DNA of 64,000 nucleotides from Neisseria sp. (GTDB lineage Bacteria; Pseudomonadota; Gammaproteobacteria; Burkholderiales; Neisseriaceae): NCBI RefSeq assembly GCF_030523955.1, contig NZ_JAUNHL010000006.1, positions 1,833 to 65,832 of the forward strand, read 5' to 3'. Shown piece by piece: positions 58,405 to 64,000 of this stretch (position 1 is its first letter; each line of letters starts with the position of its first letter). The notes under the pieces were generated by a model. It saw only the letters and a program-made list of their open reading frames with translations, ran no database searches and was not told where the DNA came from. The position numbers and the translations under genes were made by a program.

Positions 58405-59553
58405 TTACAAACCCATTGCCTGACGGACCAAACGGTTTTTCAAGCCGTTCAGGTTATTAACCAGATTCAGGCCGCTGTTGCGCAGCCAAGGCAGGCCGGG
58501 CAGGTGTTCTTCGCCGAACAGTTTGAACAGGCCGTCGCAGCCCAATTGCATGGTGCGTACCGGTTCGAGACGGCTGCGGTGGTAGCGTTGCAGGATTTGG
58601 TATGCACCGATGTCGGCGGCTTTGCGGCTGATGTCGGCAAATGCTTCTACATCGCCAAAACCGAGGTTCACGCCTTGGCCGGCCAGCGGGTGGATGGTGT
58701 GGGCGGCATCGCCCATCAACAAGATGCGTTGGCCGACCGTGGTTTCGGGGCGGCGCAATATCAGATTAAAGGCAAATGCGGGCGATAAGGGCGAGAGTTT
58801 GCCCAGTACACCTTCTCCTTGGGCGGTAACGGCGGCGGCCAGCTCGTCGGGCGGCAATTCGGTCAGTTTGGCAGGCTCGGCGGTGCTCCAGACGATGGAA
58901 ATCTTGCGGTCGGGCAATGGCAGGTAGGCCAGTACTTCGCCGTTTTTAAACCATTGGTAGGCCACGCCCTGATGGTCGCGCTCGCAATGAAAATTGGCGA
59001 CTACTCCGTGGTGGCCGTAAGCGTCTTCGCGCACGGCAATGCCGGTTTGGCTGCGCAACCAGGAGTTTGCGCCGTCGGCACCGATAATCAGCCGGCTACG
59101 CAGGCTGCTGCCGTCGGCCAAGGTGAGGGTAGCCGTTTCGATATCGCTCTCGATGCCGGCTGCGGCTTGGTTGATAACGGGAATGTCCAATGCGCGGATC
59201 TGCCGCCATAAAGCAGCCAAAAGCCAGCGGTTTTCGGCGATGCTGGTGAGGCGCTCGGCACGGATGTCGGCGGCGCTAAATTCAATGCGGCCGCCCTGGT
59301 CGCCGCGCACGTCCATGCGCGTAACCGCCTGAATACGGCTTTCATCCGGCCAAGCGTTCAGCGATTGCAATAATTGTCGGTTGGCCGGGCTGATGGCGTA
59401 AATCCGTGCATCCCAGCCTTGCAAAAGGCGTGTTTCGTCGGTTTCGGGCGGACGGATTTCCAACAGCGCAACTTTGCGTTGCTGCTGTTTGAGGGCAACG
59501 GCTGCGGCGGCTCCGACCAGCCCGCCGCCGATAATCAGGGTGTCGTAAATCAT
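58405..59553 (-). CDS. FAD-dependent ubiquinone-biosynthesis hydroxylase (UbiH/UbiF/UbiI family)
   Basis: The dinucleotide fold MIYDTLIIGGGLVGAAAA and the DG and GD motifs; 382 aa. Confidence 0.8.
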   Translation of the reverse strand: MIYDTLIIGGGLVGAAAAVALKQQQRKVALLEIRPPETDETRLLQGWDARIYAISPANRQLLQSLNAWPDESRIQAVTRMDVRGDQGGRIEFSAADIRAERLTSIAENRWLLAALWRQIRALDIPVINQAAAGIESDIETATLTLADGSSLRSRLIIGADGANSWLRSQTGIAVREDAYGHHGVVANFHCERDHQGVAYQWFKNGEVLAYLPLPDRKISIVWSTAEPAKLTELPPDELAAAVTAQGEGVLGKLSPLSPAFAFNLILRRPETTVGQRILLMGDAAHTIHPLAGQGVNLGFGDVEAFADISRKAADIGAYQILQRYHRSRLEPVRTMQLGCDGLFKLFGEEHLPGLPWLRNSGLNLVNNLNGLKNRLVRQAMGL

Positions 59554-59650
59554 AAAAGTGTGCCAGCGGATATTTGTTGCAGATTATAGCCGATAAATGC
59601 GGAGGTGTCGGGCGCGAGTTGCTTGGAAAATGCACGCGGTTTGATTATCC

Positions 59651-59794
59651 GAGACCTTTGCAAAACCCCCATCTGTGGCGCATTTCTGCGTTGTGTGCTG
59701 CTCGCTCGCTTGCCTATCTGCTTGATATGTCTGCGCTCGCTGCGCTGCTACGCCTTGAGCTGCATCCACATCTGAGGGTTTTGCAAAGGTCTCT
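59651..59794. mobile_element. Novel 144-bp MITE-like element with imperfect terminal inverted repeats (gagacctttgcaaaaccccc ... gggttttgcaaaggtctc) and a possible TATCC target duplication
   Basis: The 18-nt TIRs are exact reverse complements and extend to about 26 nt with mismatches (aaaacccccatctgtgg / ccacatctgagggtttt). The flanks read ..ttatcc| and |tatccgc. Confidence 0.55.
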
Positions 59795-59879
59795 ATCCGC
59801 CCGTCAGCTTGGTTAAAAAAATCAGGCTGCCGATTGTGCTATCGCCAGCCTGAGGACATTAAGATACATCGGGCGTATT

Positions 59880-60404
59880 TTAACGGATAACGCCGCAGGC
59901 CATGCGGGCACCGCCGCCGCCGAGGGTGGTGGGTTGATCGCTGTAATTGTCGCCGCCGGCGTGTATCATCAAGGCATGGCCGCGTAAGGTGTTGATATTC
60001 TTGAGGCGCGGAGCGACCACCGGTTGTACATCACCGTTCTCAGCCACCGCAAGAGCGGGCAAATCGCCTAAATGGCCGCTGTCATCCCAAGGGCCTTTGT
60101 GGGCTTTGGTTTTTTTGGGATCCCAATGGCCGCCCGCCGCCATTCCGGCCGCCCGCTTGCCTTCTTGGTTTTCCGCAGCGGCACAACTTGGGTTTTCATG
60201 GATGTGGAAGCCATAAATACCTGCTTTGAGGCCTTGCAGTTTGGGGGTGAACACCGCACCGTGTTTGCTCTGGCTGATTCGGATTTCGCCTATCGGGGTA
60301 TCACCTTGTTCCAAATCCAGCCGCGACACAGGTACCACGATTTCGGTTTGCGCCCAAGCGCTGAGGGAAAAGCAGCAAAGTAACGAAGCGATTAATTTTT
60401 TCAT
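59880..60404 (-). CDS. sodC: Periplasmic Cu,Zn superoxide dismutase
   Basis: A signal peptide, the metal ligands in GFHIHENPSC...GGHWDP..., and the C-terminal GGGGARMACGVI. Confidence 0.9.
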   Translation of the reverse strand: MKKLIASLLCCFSLSAWAQTEIVVPVSRLDLEQGDTPIGEIRISQSKHGAVFTPKLQGLKAGIYGFHIHENPSCAAAENQEGKRAAGMAAGGHWDPKKTKAHKGPWDDSGHLGDLPALAVAENGDVQPVVAPRLKNINTLRGHALMIHAGGDNYSDQPTTLGGGGARMACGVIR

Positions 60405-60429
60405 GTGAAGTTTCTCCTGTTTGTTGTGG

Positions 60430-60535
60430 TATAGCGGATTTAATTACTTCGATACAAGACAGCAAGCCGCAGACAGTACAAGTAGTACGACAAGGCGCAG
60501 CAACGCCGTAGCGAAAGTTAAGTTAATCCGCTATA
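60430..60535. mobile_element. Correia-like element, short form in inverted orientation, 26 bp upstream of the sodC start
   Basis: tatagcggatttaattacttcgatacaagacagcaagccgcagacagtacaagtagtacgacaaggcgcagcaacgccgtagcgaaagttaagttaatccgctata. Confidence 0.75.
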
Positions 60536-60616
60536 TAAGCGGCCGCTTGTTTGTTTGATATCATCACAGGATTAAAGTTCAACATGTTGAATAAAATGGA
60601 AGAAATAATAAATAAA

Positions 60617-60648
60617 ATGCCTGTCTGAAAAACTTTTCAGACAGGCAT
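60617..60648. repeat. DUS inverted pair hairpin
   Basis: atgcctgtctgaaaaa c ttttcagacaggcat. Confidence 0.7.
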
Positions 60649-60665
60649 TGTGAATATAAACGGAA

Positions 60666-61166
60666 TCAATCAATACCGATATCGAGGCATACGATTTCCC
60701 CGCAATAGCCGGCGCCTTTGGGATCGAGGTGTGCCGGTTTGTAGGCGGCGAAGGTGTAGGTGATATCGGCGGGAATGCTGCCGGCAAAACCGGTACCGAA
60801 AATGCCGTCGATAATGATGTCGTAAATGTTTTCAGACAGGCATTGTGCACTGCAAAACCGGATAGCGGGCAAACCTTGTAATAATTGATAATTGAGTTCG
60901 GCCAATTCGGAAAGCCGGTCGCCCAACAAGAAAATAATATCGATTTGCCAGCCCTCGACTTGTAATAAACGGGCAATCACCAAGCCGTCGCTGGCGTTAT
61001 TGCCTTTGCCGCATAAAATGAGCGCACGGCCGCTTTGGGGGTAACGGTTAAGAATGTCTTTTGCAGCGGCGCTGCCGGCGTTTTCCATCAGTTGGCGGTA
61101 GCTGGTGCCTTTTTCGACCGCCAATCGTTCGTGTTCGCGCATTTGTTCTGAGGTATAGACTTTCAC
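60666..61166 (-). CDS. NAD(P)H-hydrate epimerase-like protein (YjeF_N domain only, short)
   Basis: 166 aa reading MKVYTSEQMREHERLAVEKG...LILCGKGNNASDGLV...IIDGIFGTGF. There is no dehydratase domain, and a DUS is embedded in the coding sequence. Confidence 0.55.
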   Translation of the reverse strand: MKVYTSEQMREHERLAVEKGTSYRQLMENAGSAAAKDILNRYPQSGRALILCGKGNNASDGLVIARLLQVEGWQIDIIFLLGDRLSELAELNYQLLQGLPAIRFCSAQCLSENIYDIIIDGIFGTGFAGSIPADITYTFAAYKPAHLDPKGAGYCGEIVCLDIGID

Positions 61167-61187
61167 GGTGAGCTCCCGAGGATGGTG

Positions 61188-61544
61188 TTAATCATCCAGC
61201 GCACTGCGCTCGATTTCCACGCCGACTTCGCGGACATTGGGCAGAATGCCGGGTTTGACCACACGCACCCGCACCCATAAGGCGCCGAAGTCTTGTATCA
61301 GCAATTCGGCGACATATTCGGCCAGCGTTTCGAGCAGCAGAAAGGTTTGGTTCGACAGGCTTTGGCGCACGGCTTCGCACACTTCGCCGTAGTGGATGGT
61401 ATCGTCTATCGAATCGGAGACGGCGCTGCGCGCGGCGGTGCCGATATCGAGATCCAGAATCAGGGTTTGTTGCTGTTCCCGTTCCCAATCGTATACGCCG
61501 ATTAAGGTATCGGCTTTCAAACCGTGTAAAAAAATCTTATCCAT
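61188..61544 (-). CDS. folB: Dihydroneopterin aldolase
   Basis: 118 aa with ...LHGLKADTLIGVYDWER.... Confidence 0.8.
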   Translation of the reverse strand: MDKIFLHGLKADTLIGVYDWEREQQQTLILDLDIGTAARSAVSDSIDDTIHYGEVCEAVRQSLSNQTFLLLETLAEYVAELLIQDFGALWVRVRVVKPGILPNVREVGVEIERSALDD

Positions 61545-61607
61545 TTTTTTTTCAAGCCGTTTCAGTTAGAATCAGACATCGTTTTCAGATTAAAGCAAAA
61601 TAATTTT

Positions 61608-62207
61608 ATGCTGGCAAATTTACTGGTGATTTTAGCGGCCTATTTATTGGGTTCGCTTTCGTTTGCGGTCATCGTTTCCAAGTTTTACGGTATGGACGAT
61701 CCGCGTACTTACGGCTCCGGCAATCCGGGCGCAACCAATGTGTTGCGCAGCGGTAAGAAAAAAGCGGCGGCGCTCACGCTATTGGGTGATGCGCTTAAAG
61801 GTTTGGTTGCCGTTTGGCTGGCGCTTGCTTTGCAGGATACGCTGGATTTGAGTGACGGCACCATTGCTGCGGTAGCGGTAGCTGTGCTCATCGGCCATAT
61901 GTGGCCGGTATTTTTCGGCTTTAAAGGCGGCAAGGGCGTGGCGACCGCATTGGGTGTGCTGCTGGGTTTGTCGTGGCCGGTGGCGCTGGTGTGCGCGGCG
62001 GTGTGGTTGGTGATGGCCTTCGGTTTTAAAGTTTCTTCGTTGGCCGCTTTGGTGGCAACGCTAATCAGCCCGCTTGCCGCTTGGTTTTTTGATTTGCCAG
62101 GATCTTGGATTTTGGCGATCGTTATTATTGCGGCGCTGGTTTTGTACCGTCATCGCAGTAATATCGAGAATTTATTGCAGGGCAAGGAAGGCAAAATCGG
62201 CAGTTGA
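61608..62207 (+). CDS. plsY: Glycerol-3-phosphate acyltransferase (acyl-phosphate dependent)
   Basis: 199 aa with ...GSGNPGATNVLR... and ...GGKGVAT.... It is divergent from folB, a conserved pair. Confidence 0.85.
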   Translation: MLANLLVILAAYLLGSLSFAVIVSKFYGMDDPRTYGSGNPGATNVLRSGKKKAAALTLLGDALKGLVAVWLALALQDTLDLSDGTIAAVAVAVLIGHMWPVFFGFKGGKGVATALGVLLGLSWPVALVCAAVWLVMAFGFKVSSLAALVATLISPLAAWFFDLPGSWILAIVIIAALVLYRHRSNIENLLQGKEGKIGS

Positions 62208-62234
62208 TTTTGATGAGCTTGGTTGGAATGATAA

Positions 62235-62266
62235 ATGCCTGTCTGAAAAGTTTTTCAGACAGGCAT
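62235..62266. repeat. DUS inverted pair hairpin
   Basis: atgcctgtctgaaaag tttttcagacaggcat. Confidence 0.7.
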
Positions 62267-62294
62267 TTATCGTATTGGTTAATTATTGTGTTAA

Positions 62295-63689
62295 TCAGTT
62301 TTGTAAAGATTCCAACAGCTGTTTTTTCCAGCGCACCGCTTGTTGCAATACTTGCTCCGGCGCGGTGCCGCCCAAGTGGTTGCGGGCATTCAGGCTGCCT
62401 TCGGGTGTCAGCACCAGATAAACGTCTTCGTCTACCAAGTCGCTGAAGCCTTGTAATACGGCCAGCGGCAGATCGCTTAAATCCACACCTTGGTCATCCG
62501 CATGGCGCACGGCTTTTGCGACCACTTCATGACTGTCGCGAAACGGCATCCCTTTTTTCACCAGATAATCAGCTAAGTCGGTGGCGGTGGCAAAGCCCTG
62601 CATTACGGCGGCACGCATGTTTTCCGGTTTTACGCTCACGCCGCGCATCATATCGGCATAAATGCGCAAAGTATCGATTAGGGTGTCAACGGTATCGAAC
62701 AGCGGCTCTTTATCTTCCTGATTATCTTTGTTATAAGCCAAAGGCTGGGATTTCATCAGCATAATCAAGCCGGTAAGGTGGCCGATAACCCTGCCGGACT
62801 TGCCGCGTACCAATTCGGGCACATCGGGATTTTTCTTCTGCGGCATGATGGACGAGCCGGTGCAGAAGCGGTCGGCAATATCGATAAAACCGAAACGCGG
62901 GCTCATCCACAAAATCAATTCTTCGCTCAGCCGGCTCAGGTGTACCATCAGTAAAGAGGCGGCAGCTGTAAATTCAATGGCAAAATCACGGTCGGATACG
63001 GCATCGAGCGAGTTTTGGCAGATTTGTTCGAAGCCCAGCAATTCGGCGGTTACTTCGCGGCGGATGGGGTAGGTAGTACCGGCCAGTGCGGCAGCGCCCA
63101 AAGGCATGCGGTTAACCCGTTTACGGCAGTCGGCCATGCGTTCGTCGTCACGCCCTAACATTTCGACATAAGCGAGCATATGGTGGCCGAAGCTCACCGG
63201 CTGGGCGACCTGAAGATGGGTAAAGCCCGGCATTACCACATCGGCGTTGGCTTCGGCCAATTCTACCAGCGCCAGTTGCAGCGACTGGATCAGCAAGCGG
63301 ATTTGGCTGATTTCATCGCGCAGCCACAAGCGGATATCGGTAGCGACTTGGTCGTTGCGGCTGCGGCCGGTGTGCAGGCGTTTTCCGGCGTCGCCGATTT
63401 TATCGGTCAGCCGTTTTTCTATGTTCATGTGGACGTCTTCCAAATCGAGCGACCACTCTATACGGCCGTTTTCGATGTCGGAAAGAATTTCGGCCATGCC
63501 TTGTTGTATGGCGGCAACATCGGCAGCGCTCAATACGCCCGCTTGTTCCAGCATCTCGGCATGTGCCAGCGAGCCTTGGATATCCCACTTTGCAAGCCGT
63601 TTGTCGAAATCAATGGAGCCGGTATATTTTTTTACTAATTCTGACACAGGTTCGTTAAAACGACCCGACCAAGTTTTGCTATCATTCAT
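62295..63689 (-). CDS. argH: Argininosuccinate lyase
   Basis: 464 aa containing the fumarate-lyase signature region. Confidence 0.9.
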   Translation of the reverse strand: MNDSKTWSGRFNEPVSELVKKYTGSIDFDKRLAKWDIQGSLAHAEMLEQAGVLSAADVAAIQQGMAEILSDIENGRIEWSLDLEDVHMNIEKRLTDKIGDAGKRLHTGRSRNDQVATDIRLWLRDEISQIRLLIQSLQLALVELAEANADVVMPGFTHLQVAQPVSFGHHMLAYVEMLGRDDERMADCRKRVNRMPLGAAALAGTTYPIRREVTAELLGFEQICQNSLDAVSDRDFAIEFTAAASLLMVHLSRLSEELILWMSPRFGFIDIADRFCTGSSIMPQKKNPDVPELVRGKSGRVIGHLTGLIMLMKSQPLAYNKDNQEDKEPLFDTVDTLIDTLRIYADMMRGVSVKPENMRAAVMQGFATATDLADYLVKKGMPFRDSHEVVAKAVRHADDQGVDLSDLPLAVLQGFSDLVDEDVYLVLTPEGSLNARNHLGGTAPEQVLQQAVRWKKQLLESLQN

Positions 63690-63764
63690 ATTAAAAATAA
63701 TCTTTCTCGCATATAATATTAACTAACGTCACCAAATAATTTTTTAACGCAGGTTGTTTTACTC

Positions 63765-64000
63765 ATGCCCATTATACGTCAAATCATGTCTAAATTTGCT
63801 GTACCCGATATGCGCAATTTGGGAACCCAAGTGCGCCTTATTGTTATCAGCATTTTCTATGGTTTGTTCCTGCCGCTGATTAGCGATTCGGATGTCAGCT
63901 ATTGGACCCAAGTTTACCGCACCGCCAGCTGGGGCGCGCCGACCTTGTTGCTCATTATGTTAACCGGTTATGTGTTCAGCCAATATGCAACCAAACTGGA
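63765..64000 (+). CDS. Membrane protein, N-terminal fragment continuing beyond the window
   Basis: The ATG at 63765 opens MPIIRQIMSKFAVPDMRNLGTQVRLIVISIFYGLFLPLI..., with two predicted TM segments. No stop falls in the window. Confidence 0.35.
   Translation, partial: MPIIRQIMSKFAVPDMRNLGTQVRLIVISIFYGLFLPLISDSDVSYWTQVYRTASWGAPTLLLIMLTGYVFSQYATKL

Noticed and set aside
1-64000. DUS inverted pairs as a possible CRISPR array
   Set aside because: The repeats are 12-14-nt inverted (not direct) pairs scattered singly between genes, with no regular spacer structure or cas genes. They are DNA uptake sequences doubling as terminators.

Overview
This is a 64-kb chromosomal window from a Neisseriaceae genome, with about 60 protein genes and two tandem tRNA-Leu(CAG). 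It is saturated with DNA-uptake-sequence (DUS) hairpins of the ATGCCTGTCTGAA dialect (N. wadsworthii-type), and a minority of canonical GCCGTCTGAA copies cluster in two loci. Content in order: a heme-uptake locus with HmuU, HmuT and HmuS-family genes and a TonB-dependent heme receptor, each separated by DUS hairpins or a NIME-like repeat block; a standalone NodT/OprM-type outer-membrane efflux lipoprotein downstream of a Correia-like element; CysM; a TonB-dependent receptor paired with a YddA/SbmA/BacA-like ABC importer; MetZ; YejBEF-like peptide importer genes without YejA; TrxA; a low-GC islet carrying an RTX calcium-binding class-3 lipase; copZ–yczE–copA with two MerR-type 19-bp-spacer promoters; GlnD; an MFS transporter; RNase R; PpsR and PpsA; PbpG; ClpX; an isc operon interrupted by three extra ORFs; RsmA; Ppk; a complete dppABCDF; UDG-like, RimI, TsaB and YgfZ genes; a UbiH-family gene; SodC; FolB; PlsY; ArgH. 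Non-coding repeats include at least six Correia-like elements and a previously unrecognised 144-bp MITE-like inverted-repeat element. All calls rest on reading the translations and sequence directly; no database searches were run.
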